A stretch of DNA of 64,000 nt, from the NCBI GenBank assembly GCA_039933415.1, contig JBDTOD010000002.1, positions 17,767 through 81,766 of the forward strand. Direction: 5' to 3'. Positions 49,383 through 59,820 of the stretch are shown here, in pieces. The position numbers were made by a program, and so were the translations under genes. The notes beneath the pieces are model-generated. The model made no database searches and was not told where the DNA came from. It saw only the letters and a program-made list of their open reading frames with translations. The DNA comes from a bacterium. GTDB lineage: Bacteria; Gemmatimonadota; Gemmatimonadetes; Gemmatimonadales; Gemmatimonadaceae. Position 1 is the stretch's first letter. Every line of letters begins with the position of its first letter.

Positions 49383-49849
49383 CAGGCTCTGGTCTCTATC
49401 GGATTGGGCGGACGTGAGACAGCTGGAACGACGCCCTGACGGCGGCCTGGACGAATGCCGCTCAACTCTGCTGGGATCGAACGCAAGGAGGAGACCCACC
49501 TCACACCACCCGCGATGCCCCTGCGGACAGCGAAATCTCGGAGCGAATGCCGGAACTGCGCAACACACCTCGTAGAGCGCTCAACACACCAACATATATA
49601 GACTATTGCACCGTCGCGCCGTCACGTCCCTGTCAACTCCCTGTTTTTCCGCTTGCGCGGTCCGTCCAGCGACGGCACATTGACCAGGACCGGGAGCGGA
49701 CACACCACAGCGTGTTGCGACGAAGCGGCATCTCTCGGTAGGGGCGCCGGTCGCCCTCTATGCCGTCTCATACTGCGTGGGTCAGGGTGAGCGGCGGATG
49801 ATCTTCCAGCCTCGGGCACGCATGCCCGCTTCCATCGTACTTCGCCTGT

Positions 49850-51342
<1,493 letters not shown>

Positions 51343-51346
<4 letters not shown>

Positions 51347-52461
51347 GCACTCGCTCCTCCGGCGGCGCGCTGTTGAGGATGCCCTATCGGGTGACGACTC
51401 GCCCGGTGTGGGAGGTGATGGCGCGCGCGCTCGAGCGGCTCAAGACGGAGGGTGAGCAGAGTGTGCTCGTGCCTCGTGGCGGCGCGTCGATCGACTTCGC
51501 CGCTGCCGCGGACGCGCTCGCGTCGGCGATCGAGCGGGCGATCGAGGAGGACGGGCCGGTGCGCGCGCCAGGGGACGTCGGTCTCGCGGCGCATCAGTTG
51601 CTCGCTGTGTTGCGGCGCCTCTTCGTCGAGGAGCTTGCGGCAACGGCTGACGTCGACCTCGTCGAAGTCGTTCGCGTGCTCGGTGCGATCGAGCGGCTCC
51701 AGACCGAACTGGAGCGCAATGGCGCACAGCAGTTCGCCAGTCGGCTCGCGGGACCCGATGCGATGCAGCTCCTCGTCGAGGTCGTGCACGACATGCGATC
51801 GCCGCTCAACGCCATCCTGCTGCTCGCCGAGCAGCTCCGAAGCGGGCGCAGCGGACCGCTCATCGACATCCAGGTGCGCCAGATGGACCTGGTGCACAGC
51901 GCTGCGTTTGGTTTGACGACGCTGGCGGACGACGTGATCGAGCTCGCGCACGGCGGCAATCGGCTCGTCGACGAGCGGCCCATGCCGTTCGCGCTCTCGA
52001 GTGTGTTGAAGGTCGTTGGCGATCTCGTCCAGCCGCTCGCGACGGAGAAGCGCATCGCGCTACACAGCGCCGGTTCCGAAGCGGACGTTCGCGTTGGTCA
52101 TCGCGTCGCCGTCGGGCGGGTGCTGCTGAACCTCACGACGAACGCCGTCAAGTTCACGGAGCAGGGATCGGTCACCATCTCCTGTGAGCCCAAGTCGCGC
52201 ACGAAGCTCGAGTTCTCGGTGACCGACACCGGACGCGGTATTCCGCCCGACGCACTTCCCACGTTGTTCGATCCCTTCCGTCAGCGGGCGAACCGCAGCG
52301 AGTATGCCTTCTCGAGCGCCGGACTCGGGCTTTCCATCTGTCAACAGCTCGTGCAGGCGATGGGTGGTGAGCTGAAGGTGGAGACGGAGTTGGGGAAGGG
52401 GACGAGATTCTCCTTCGTGCTCGACCTGCCCATCTCGCCGCGGGTCTCCGGCGCCTGGTAG
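51343..52461 (+). CDS. soluble sensor histidine kinase (HisKA + HATPase_c, no TM)
   Basis: ATGA overlap with the regulator stop. H-box VVHDMRSPLNAI, N-box LNLTTNAVKFT, G-boxes DTGRGI and GLGLSI. Confidence 0.85.
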
Positions 52462-52515
52462 CGGAAGGCTCTCGATGGGTGGCGCCGTGCTGCCTGGGCC
52501 GTAGCTTCCGGCATC

Positions 52516-53634
52516 ATGAACGACGACATGCCGCAGCAGTTGACGGCGCTCGAGACGCCGGCCGTCGTGGTCGACCTCGATCGGCTCGATCGCAATCTCG
52601 CTCGTGCCGCGGACTACGCGGGAACGCATGGTCTCGCCCTTCGACCCCACGTGAAGACGCACAAGTCGCCTGTCGTCGCGGCGTCTCAGCTCCGCCTTGG
52701 TGCGAATGGCCTCACATGCGCCACGCCACGAGAGGCCGAGGTGATGGCGGAAGTATGCGATGATCTACTCGTCGCGTATCCGCCCGTTGGCGGCGCGCGA
52801 GCGCGCCGTCTCGCGGCACTGCCCTCGTCGGTCCGGCTCACCGTTGCACTCGACTCCGAGGACGCGGTCACCGAGATGGCGCGAGCAGCGCGCGATGCGC
52901 GGCGCGAGGTGTTCGTCTTCGTCGAGCTCGACCTCGGCATGCATCGTGTCGGTACCGCGACAGTGGAGGCGGGTGTGGCGCTGGCTCGCCGGGTGTCGGA
53001 ATCCGAAGGGCTTCTCTTCGACGGCATCGCGTTTTACCCGGGACATGTGCGTGAGCCGATCGGCGAGCAGGACGCACAGCTGCACGCGCTCGATCTTGCG
53101 CTCTCGGGCGCGCTGGAGCGCTTCCACGACGCGGGACTTCCTCCGCGCGTCGTGAGCGGCGGCTCGACGCCCACGTTGTGGCGCACGCACGAGCTACCGG
53201 AAGTCACGGAGATGCGGCCCGGCACCTACGTCTACAATGACAGAGGTACGCTCGCGACCGGCGCGTGCGATTGGGACGACTGCGCGCTCACCGTGCTCGC
53301 TACCGTCGTCTCGACGGCGGTGCCGGGACAGGCCGTCATCGATGCAGGAACGAAGTCGCTCGGACGAGAGCCGGTGCGCGGTGAAGAGGGCGAAGGGTTC
53401 GCGCAGCTCCTCGAACATCCGGAGGTGCTGGTGAGCCGAATGTCCGAAGAGCACGGGATCCTCGACCTCAGTCGCACCACGTGGAGACCGGTGATCGGAG
53501 AGGTCGTCCGCGTCGTGCCGAATCATGTTTGTGTGGTGGTTCATCTCCACGACTACGTCTACGGCGTGCGCGGTGAGCGACTCGAGCGACGGTGGCCGAT
53601 CGCCGCCCGAGGCCGCGAGGCCGCGTCAAAATGA
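52516..53634 (+). CDS. alanine-racemase-fold PLP enzyme (D-serine dehydratase/D-threonine aldolase-like, DSD1 family)
   Basis: TPAVVVDLDRLDRNL...LRPHVKTHKSP (PLP lysine context) and a C-terminal domain with VRVVPNHVC. Confidence 0.75.
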   Translation: MNDDMPQQLTALETPAVVVDLDRLDRNLARAADYAGTHGLALRPHVKTHKSPVVAASQLRLGANGLTCATPREAEVMAEVCDDLLVAYPPVGGARARRLAALPSSVRLTVALDSEDAVTEMARAARDARREVFVFVELDLGMHRVGTATVEAGVALARRVSESEGLLFDGIAFYPGHVREPIGEQDAQLHALDLALSGALERFHDAGLPPRVVSGGSTPTLWRTHELPEVTEMRPGTYVYNDRGTLATGACDWDDCALTVLATVVSTAVPGQAVIDAGTKSLGREPVRGEEGEGFAQLLEHPEVLVSRMSEEHGILDLSRTTWRPVIGEVVRVVPNHVCVVVHLHDYVYGVRGERLERRWPIAARGREAASK

Positions 53635-53822
53635 GGCCCCGGCGCGTTGGCACGCGCTAGACGCATTCCCGGGGGAACCACGGCATGCTGTCGGCACGCG
53701 AGTTTTGCCCGCGCCCCGTGATTGTCGTCACTTCACGTGAAAGCACGGTACGCCATCCTTAACGCCGTCGTGATGGCGCCGTCTCACCGGCTACTCGTCC
53801 GGTTTTCACAGGGAGGATGTGC

Positions 53823-55421
53823 ATGAGCACCGCAGCTTCGTCGCAGGCGCCCGAGTCGTGCGTGACGCCAGCGTCGATCACCGCCGAGCCGGTCGATGAA
53901 TCGCCAGGGCGTGGACGCGAACCGACGACCCGGCGCACACTGCTCGCGTTCGGCGCTGCCGCAACGGCCGCTGTCCTCCTTCCCGGTGCCGCCAGCGCGC
54001 AATCAACGCGGCGTCGGCCAGCACCACCGAAGAAGGGAGACTTCAACAGCATCATCCCCAACGAGGTGCCGGTCGCACCAGTCGAGTGGGCGAGCGACAC
54101 CACACGACTGCTTCGGCGCATCACGATGGGAACGACCGACGTCGAGGTCGCGTTGGCGAAGCGCTACGGATTCCGCGGCTATCTCGAACGACAGCTTCAG
54201 TTCCAGTACGTGGACGACTCCGTCGCCGACACGTTCGTCGCAACGAAGTATCCGCTGCTGGCGATGCCGGCCGATCAGCTCTTCGCGCAAAACTCGGGGA
54301 CGATCCAGAATCAGCTCTCGCAGATGACGCTCTATCGCGCGGCGTTCTCGTCGCGGCAACTGTACGAGCGCATGGTGGAGTTCTGGAGCGACCACTTCAA
54401 CATCTCGTTCAACAAGGTCGGCTACCTGAAGGCGGTCGACGACCGAGACGTGATCCGCAAGCACGCGCTGGGCAACTTCCGTGATCTGCTGTTCGCCAGC
54501 GCCAAGAGCGCGGCGATGATGCTGTATCTCGACCAGAACCAGAGTCGCGCCGGCGCGCCGAACGAGAACTACGCGCGCGAGATCATGGAGCTTCATACGC
54601 TCGGCGTCGACGGCGGATACTCACAGAACGACGTCGCGGAGCTCTCTCGCGTCCTCACCGGCTGGACGATCGCCGGACGCGGCAACTTCAGCTTCAATCC
54701 GGCCATCCACGATTGGAAGGCCAAGACGGTGCTCGGCGTGACGATCCCCGCCGGCGCGGTGGCGATGGGCGCTGCCGGCATTCAGGAAGGCGAGCAGATG
54801 ATCAACGTCCTGCTCGACCATCCGAGCACGGGCAAGTTCATCGCGCTGAAGATGCTTCGGTGGTTTCTCAGCTACGATCCAACCCAAGCGCAGATCGATG
54901 CCGTGGCGGCCGAGTACACGCGGACGCAGGGGGACATCAAGGCGATGATCCGCGCCACGCTGAACTCCGCGTGGCTGCGCACGGCACCGATGAAGCTCAA
55001 GCGACCGTTTCACTACGTGGCGTCGGCGCTTCGCTCAGCGCATCCCACGGTGACCGGCGTGGCCGGAATGAACGGACAGCTGAACAACGTGGGCCAACCG
55101 CTCTTCGTGTGGGAGACGCCCGACGGGTATCCCGACAAGGTCGAGTACTGGGCGGGCAATATTCTGCCGCGCTGGACGTTCGGCAACACGCTCGCGGCGC
55201 AGTCCGCGGGTGAGATCATCATCGACATCGCGCTGTTCCAGAAGGGAAACACCGCCGACGCGACGATCGCCACGATCGACGCGCGAGTGTTCGGCGGTGA
55301 GATGGACGCGGCGCTGCGTGCATCGCTCACCGCCTACCTCAAGGCCGGGACCTACAACGCGGCTCGCATCCGCGAGACGCTGGCGCTCGCCTTCAGCGCC
55401 AACTCCTTCCAGTGGTATTGA
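53823..55421 (+). CDS. DUF1800 family protein with Tat-type leader
   Basis: GGGAGG-N6-ATG at 53823. RRTLLAFGAAATAAVLLPGAASA. Body motifs (FWSDHFN, NENYAREIMELHTLGV) fit DUF1800 as I recall it. Confidence 0.75.
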   Translation: MSTAASSQAPESCVTPASITAEPVDESPGRGREPTTRRTLLAFGAAATAAVLLPGAASAQSTRRRPAPPKKGDFNSIIPNEVPVAPVEWASDTTRLLRRITMGTTDVEVALAKRYGFRGYLERQLQFQYVDDSVADTFVATKYPLLAMPADQLFAQNSGTIQNQLSQMTLYRAAFSSRQLYERMVEFWSDHFNISFNKVGYLKAVDDRDVIRKHALGNFRDLLFASAKSAAMMLYLDQNQSRAGAPNENYAREIMELHTLGVDGGYSQNDVAELSRVLTGWTIAGRGNFSFNPAIHDWKAKTVLGVTIPAGAVAMGAAGIQEGEQMINVLLDHPSTGKFIALKMLRWFLSYDPTQAQIDAVAAEYTRTQGDIKAMIRATLNSAWLRTAPMKLKRPFHYVASALRSAHPTVTGVAGMNGQLNNVGQPLFVWETPDGYPDKVEYWAGNILPRWTFGNTLAAQSAGEIIIDIALFQKGNTADATIATIDARVFGGEMDAALRASLTAYLKAGTYNAARIRETLALAFSANSFQWY

Positions 55422-55422
55422 C

Positions 55423-56733
55423 GTGAGCGATCTCGAGACGACACACGACGACTGCGGGTGCGAGGAGTACAACGCGCTCTCGCGCCGGCAGTTTCTCGCC
55501 GGTGCCGCCGGCGGCTCGATGGCCGCGGTGGCCGCGTATCACCCGGCGTGGCTGCCCAAGGTCGTGCTCGCGGAGACGTACGCGTCCTCGCGTGACGTCA
55601 TGCTGTCGGTGTTCATGCGCGGCGGAGCCGACGGCCTGTCGTTGTGCGTTCCGTTCGCCGATCCCGACTACTATCTGTCACGCAGCACGATCGCCGTGCC
55701 GCGACCCGACGCCACCGGAGCGACCAAGGGGATCGCGCTCGACAACTTCTTCGCCTTTCCGCAGGCGCTGGCGGCGCTCATTCCCGCGTTCACGGCGAGC
55801 GATCTGCTCGTCGTGCACGCGACCGGCCAGCTGAACAACTCGCGCTCGCACTTCGACGCGCAGCGCTACATGGAAGTCGGCAAGCCGAACGATCCCGCGC
55901 TCGTGACCGGCTGGCTCGGCCGACATCTCGCAAGCTCGCCGCCGGTTCGCTCGACGGCGCCACTGCGCGCCCTGGGACTGTCGGCTGGTCTACAGAAGAC
56001 GCTCGTCGGCGGACCGAAGACGCTGCCGATCGCCAACCCGGCAAACTTCGCGCTCGGCGGGAGCGCGGCGACGGTCGATGCGCGACTCGCGTTCCTCCAG
56101 GCCGACTACGCGGCGGCCACGCCGCCGATGCAGGCCAACGCACTCGACGCCACCAACACGGTGGCGCTGCTCAAGCAGATCAACATCTCGGCATACAAGC
56201 CGGCCAACGGCGCGGTCTATCCGAACACCGGCTTCGGCAACGCGCTCAAGTCCGTCGCCGCGCTGATCAAGGCCGACGTGGGGATCGAGGCGGCCCAGGT
56301 GGACGTCGGTGGATGGGACACGCACTCGGCGCAGGATCCGCTCGCCGGCTCGATGTATCGCACGATGCTCGACTTCGGCAACGCGCTGGGCGCGTTCTAC
56401 GCCGACGTGCTGCAGGGCCCGACACCGAGCGGAGTGACGGCGGTCGCGGTGTCGGAGTTCGGTCGGAACGTGCGCGAGAACGGCAGCAACGGCACCGACC
56501 ACGGGCGCGGCACCGTGATGTTCGCGATGGGCAAGCACATCGCTGGCGGCCGAGTGATGGTGAACAGCTGGCCCGGACTGGCGAAAGCGAACCTCGATTC
56601 GGGGCAGGACCTCAAGGTGACGATCGACTACCGTGACATTCTGGCGGAGATCGTGAAGAACCGGCTCGGCAATACGAATCTCGATTTCGTGTTCCCGGGA
56701 TGGTCGCCGACGATGCGTGGCGCGACCAGGTAA
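55423..56733 (+). CDS. DUF1501 (sulfatase-fold) protein with Tat leader
   Basis: GTG start 2 nt after the DUF1800 stop. SRRQFLAGAAGG. C-terminal SEFGRNVRENGSNGTDHGRG motif typical of DUF1501. Confidence 0.8.
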   Translation: MSDLETTHDDCGCEEYNALSRRQFLAGAAGGSMAAVAAYHPAWLPKVVLAETYASSRDVMLSVFMRGGADGLSLCVPFADPDYYLSRSTIAVPRPDATGATKGIALDNFFAFPQALAALIPAFTASDLLVVHATGQLNNSRSHFDAQRYMEVGKPNDPALVTGWLGRHLASSPPVRSTAPLRALGLSAGLQKTLVGGPKTLPIANPANFALGGSAATVDARLAFLQADYAAATPPMQANALDATNTVALLKQINISAYKPANGAVYPNTGFGNALKSVAALIKADVGIEAAQVDVGGWDTHSAQDPLAGSMYRTMLDFGNALGAFYADVLQGPTPSGVTAVAVSEFGRNVRENGSNGTDHGRGTVMFAMGKHIAGGRVMVNSWPGLAKANLDSGQDLKVTIDYRDILAEIVKNRLGNTNLDFVFPGWSPTMRGATR

Positions 56734-56746
56734 CTGCGCTCCGGAC

Positions 56747-57349
56747 CTACTGGACGTCGATCTCGCCGCGCATCCCCGGGTGCACGGTGCAGTCGAACTT
56801 GAACGCGCCGCGCGTACCGAAGGTGCGCGCGGTGTTCACGTTCGTGGCGATCTGAATGTCGGTCGGCCGACCGACGGCGGTGGGATCGAAGATCACGTTG
56901 TGCGCGATGCCGCCGCCGAAGGCGAACACGACCGTTGAACCCAGTGGCACGGTCAGCAGGTTCGGGACGAATGCCTCGGGCGTCGTGGAGATCGTGTCTC
57001 TGGCCACGATCGGTGTGATGAAGAGCGACGTCGTGCCGGTCACGCCGGCCACTTTCGCGCTGATCGACGTGGAACCGGCGACGAGGCCCGTCACCTTGCC
57101 GGAAACGTCGACGGACGCGATTGCGGGCGCACTCGAGCTCCACGTGACGGGCCCGGGATTCACGACCGGCGTCTGCGACGTGTTGAGCGCGGTCGCGGTG
57201 AGCTGCGCGTTCTGCCCGACGGGCAAACTATTCGGCACGCCGGCGATGGAGACGCTGGCGACGCCAGGCGTCACGACGGTGGGGGAACCCGCATCGCCAC
57301 CGCAGGCGAGAGCGAGCAGGGCGACGAACGAAGGAAGGGCCACTCGCAT
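56747..57349 (-). CDS. lipoprotein: Big_2 domain fused to a cupredoxin-like (type-1 copper) domain
   Basis: Lipobox LLALAC. Big_2 pattern (LPVGQNAQLTATALN...VTWSSSAPAIASVDVSGKVTGLVAGSTSISA). C-terminal GGGIAHNVIF ... CTVHPGM gives His/Cys/His/Met ligand spacing. Confidence 0.7.
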   Translation of the reverse strand: MRVALPSFVALLALACGGDAGSPTVVTPGVASVSIAGVPNSLPVGQNAQLTATALNTSQTPVVNPGPVTWSSSAPAIASVDVSGKVTGLVAGSTSISAKVAGVTGTTSLFITPIVARDTISTTPEAFVPNLLTVPLGSTVVFAFGGGIAHNVIFDPTAVGRPTDIQIATNVNTARTFGTRGAFKFDCTVHPGMRGEIDVQ

Positions 57350-57609
57350 GCGACGAAGCGGATGAAGGGAGAGCGAACGTCCTGAGAAACCGGCGCCGTC
57401 GCCAGGTTATTCATTCGACGCTCCGCACCGGCGAACGTTACTCGAAGCGCCGTCGCACGTCATCCGATGTCGCCGACGTGGACGCGCGACGGCGCCAGAG
57501 GCGTCGCGTCTCCACCGGAGCCCTTGGAGTTGCGTGTGTCGTCGGGCATCTTTCCTGGCGCGGCCCGCGCGCTCGCAGCGCTGCCGTCCCCGCCCACCCG
57601 CCGGTTCCG

Positions 57610-58086
57610 ATGACTACTACTCGCCGCCCTCCCGCCGATCTTGCGGTAGATCCCATGTCGATCGTGCTCGCGCGCGCCGATGCCCTTCATCGTGCCGCCG
57701 TCGAGTGCTGCAGACAGCACGACCGCTCCGCCAAGCTGTTCGGAGCGTCCGATCCGGAGCTGGAGCACAAGCACGCCGACGCGCTCTGCGCGATGTGCGA
57801 CGGTTCGCTCGCCGAGCTTGCCGCCGCGTACGAGAAGGCCGCCGCCCCGGTGCATCCCACGAAGGATGAAGCGTGGTGGCACAAGGCGAACGCGCTCTGG
57901 CACGCGAGCCGCGAGTTCGCGCGGCGGCACGCCGGCGGCGACGCCATGGCGAAGAGCGTGTCGAGCAAGCACTCGGCGGGTGAGCTGGCCGAGATGCAGA
58001 TGGAGTACGAGCTCGAGGCGTCGTCGCTGCTCGCGCTCCGGCACGCGGCCGACGCCTACCTCAAGACGCGTCACCCGCTCGATTAG
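57610..58086 (+). CDS. hypothetical helical protein
   Basis: Longest sensible ORF in this stretch, with GC-rich third positions. 12 nt upstream of the next ORF. Start is uncertain (57478-57610). Confidence 0.5.
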   Translation: MTTTRRPPADLAVDPMSIVLARADALHRAAVECCRQHDRSAKLFGASDPELEHKHADALCAMCDGSLAELAAAYEKAAAPVHPTKDEAWWHKANALWHASREFARRHAGGDAMAKSVSSKHSAGELAEMQMEYELEASSLLALRHAADAYLKTRHPLD

Positions 58087-58098
58087 CGAGCCGGCGCG

Positions 58099-58317
58099 AT
58101 GCGCCCCTTCGACGACGACGAGGGCCGCCACTGGCAGGTGGCGCTCGGCAAGGAATCCTGGGGGACACTCGTGCTCCTGTTCACCCCAGCAGGTGCGGGT
58201 GAGTCGCGTACGAGCGTACTTTCCGCCGAGACGATGCTCGCCGCAAACGCCGAGCTCGACGCGATGACCGACGACGATCTCCGAGCAAGGCTCCGAGACA
58301 GCCGTCCTTGGCCCTAA
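58099..58317 (+). CDS. hypothetical small protein (72 aa)
   Basis: Fills the gap between two same-strand ORFs with 12- and 16-nt spacers. No family recognised. Confidence 0.4.
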   Translation: MRPFDDDEGRHWQVALGKESWGTLVLLFTPAGAGESRTSVLSAETMLAANAELDAMTDDDLRARLRDSRPWP

Positions 58318-58333
58318 CCGAACCAGCGAGCAG

Positions 58334-58921
58334 ATGGCGAAGACGAAGACGAAGACGAAGACGAAGGGCACGCGAAAGACGGCCGTGCGCCGAACGACCC
58401 GCTCTGCCACAAAGCGGCCTTCCTCCGCCAAGCGTGGAATCAAGGCGCGATATCCGTGGAAGGAGGATCCCAACCCGTACTTCGAGCTTCGCACCTCGGC
58501 GATTCAGGGGACGGGAGCGTTCGCCACTCGGACGATCAAGAAGGGCACGCGGCTGATCGAGTATCTCGGCCAGCGCATCTCGTGGCGCACCGCCGACAAG
58601 CGCTACGACGACGAAAAGATGGGACGTCACCACACGTTCCTCTTCACGGTGGACGACAAGACGGTGATCGACGCGGCGGTCAATGGAAACGTCGCGCGCT
58701 TTCTCAACCACTCGTGCGATCCCAACTGCGAAGCGATCACGGAGCGCAAGCGGATCTTCATCGACGCGAAGAAGACGATTCCCGCCGGCACCGAGCTCGT
58801 GTACGACTATCAGTACGACCGAACGGACGACCACTCGGCCGAGGACGAGAAATTCTACAAGTGCCGCTGCGGATCACCGAAGTGCCGCGGAACCATCCTG
58901 GCGCCCAAGTCGGAGAAGTGA
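58334..58921 (+). CDS. SET-domain protein-lysine N-methyltransferase with basic (KT)n N-terminal tail
   Basis: GTGAFA, RFLNHSCDPNC, ELVYDYQY, and post-SET CRCGSPKCRG. The N-terminus MAKTKTKTKTKGTRKTAVRRTTRSATKRPSSAKR is encoded partly by (AAGACG)x4 at 58340-58363. Confidence 0.85.
   Translation: MAKTKTKTKTKGTRKTAVRRTTRSATKRPSSAKRGIKARYPWKEDPNPYFELRTSAIQGTGAFATRTIKKGTRLIEYLGQRISWRTADKRYDDEKMGRHHTFLFTVDDKTVIDAAVNGNVARFLNHSCDPNCEAITERKRIFIDAKKTIPAGTELVYDYQYDRTDDHSAEDEKFYKCRCGSPKCRGTILAPKSEK
58340..58366 (+). repeat. hexanucleotide tandem (AAGACG)x4 + AAG inside the SET gene
   Basis: Read directly. Encodes KTKTKTKTK. Confidence 0.9.
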
Positions 58922-58929
58922 GGTCGGAG

Positions 58930-59820
58930 GTGAGCGCGCCGACGCCGACGGTGCGTGCGCTGCTCCGCCGGTCGGTGGACTACGCGGGACTCTTTCCTCC
59001 CGCGGCACTCAGCATGCGCGGCGCGGCGGAGCACTATGCGACGCACCTTCGCTCGCCGGAGGCATGGATGCTCGCCCGGTTCGTCGTACCGGTCGAACGA
59101 CTCGATGAGCTCGCGCTTGCCGCCGGACCGCTCGTCGGCGAGGCGGGCCCGTGGCGGCTGAGCGCATTGCTTGGCGGGAACGCCGCGTCGGACGGCGCGC
59201 GCATTCGCGAGTTCAATACCGCACAGCGCGGACGGTTCGTCGTCGACGTCGTGGAATGCCGCGCGACCGACGTGGGTTCGGTCCGCCGCGTCGTGGGTGA
59301 GCTCCCCGGTGAGCTCCGGAGCTTCGTCGAGCTCCCGCAGCTCGACGATTCGCGCGCGATGCTCGAGGCGATCGGCGCGGCGGGCGCGTGGGCGAAGGTG
59401 CGCACTGGCGGCGTCACCCCTGACGCCTTCCCACCGGCGCGGCAGGTCGCGGCGCTCATCGCGCACGCTGCCGAGGTGCGCGTGCCGTTCAAGGCGACCG
59501 CAGGACTTCATCACCCTCTGACGGGCGAGTATCCGGCGACGTACGACGCCGATGCTCCCCGCGCGACGATGTTCGGATTCCTCAACATGCTCGCCGCCGC
59601 GGTGTTCGCGCTTCGCGGAACGCCGGAATCGAGGCTCGTCGAGCTGCTCGAGGAGCGCGATCCCTCGATGCTCAGGATCGACGCGGAGATGCTGGGTTGG
59701 CGCGGACTCTCGGCGACGGCGGAGCAGATCGCGAGCGCGCGCGCGTCGCGGTTCGTCGCGTTCGGATCCTGCTCGTTCGCGGAGCCGGTCGAAGGACTTC
59801 GATCGATGCGACTGCTGTGA
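58930..59820 (+). CDS. hypothetical protein (conserved-looking, FKATAGLHHP motif)
   Basis: GTG at 58930 (GAGG-N6), or GTG at 58918 overlapping the SET stop (GTGA). The stop overlaps the fahA start. No family name recalled. Confidence 0.6.
   Translation: MSAPTPTVRALLRRSVDYAGLFPPAALSMRGAAEHYATHLRSPEAWMLARFVVPVERLDELALAAGPLVGEAGPWRLSALLGGNAASDGARIREFNTAQRGRFVVDVVECRATDVGSVRRVVGELPGELRSFVELPQLDDSRAMLEAIGAAGAWAKVRTGGVTPDAFPPARQVAALIAHAAEVRVPFKATAGLHHPLTGEYPATYDADAPRATMFGFLNMLAAAVFALRGTPESRLVELLEERDPSMLRIDAEMLGWRGLSATAEQIASARASRFVAFGSCSFAEPVEGLRSMRLL

Noticed and set aside
53732-53741. Perfect 10-bp palindrome TTCACGTGAA about 85 nt upstream of the DUF1800 gene, considered as an operator.
   Set aside because: A 10-bp perfect palindrome is expected dozens of times by chance in 64 kb. 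There is no second half-site and no cognate regulator nearby.
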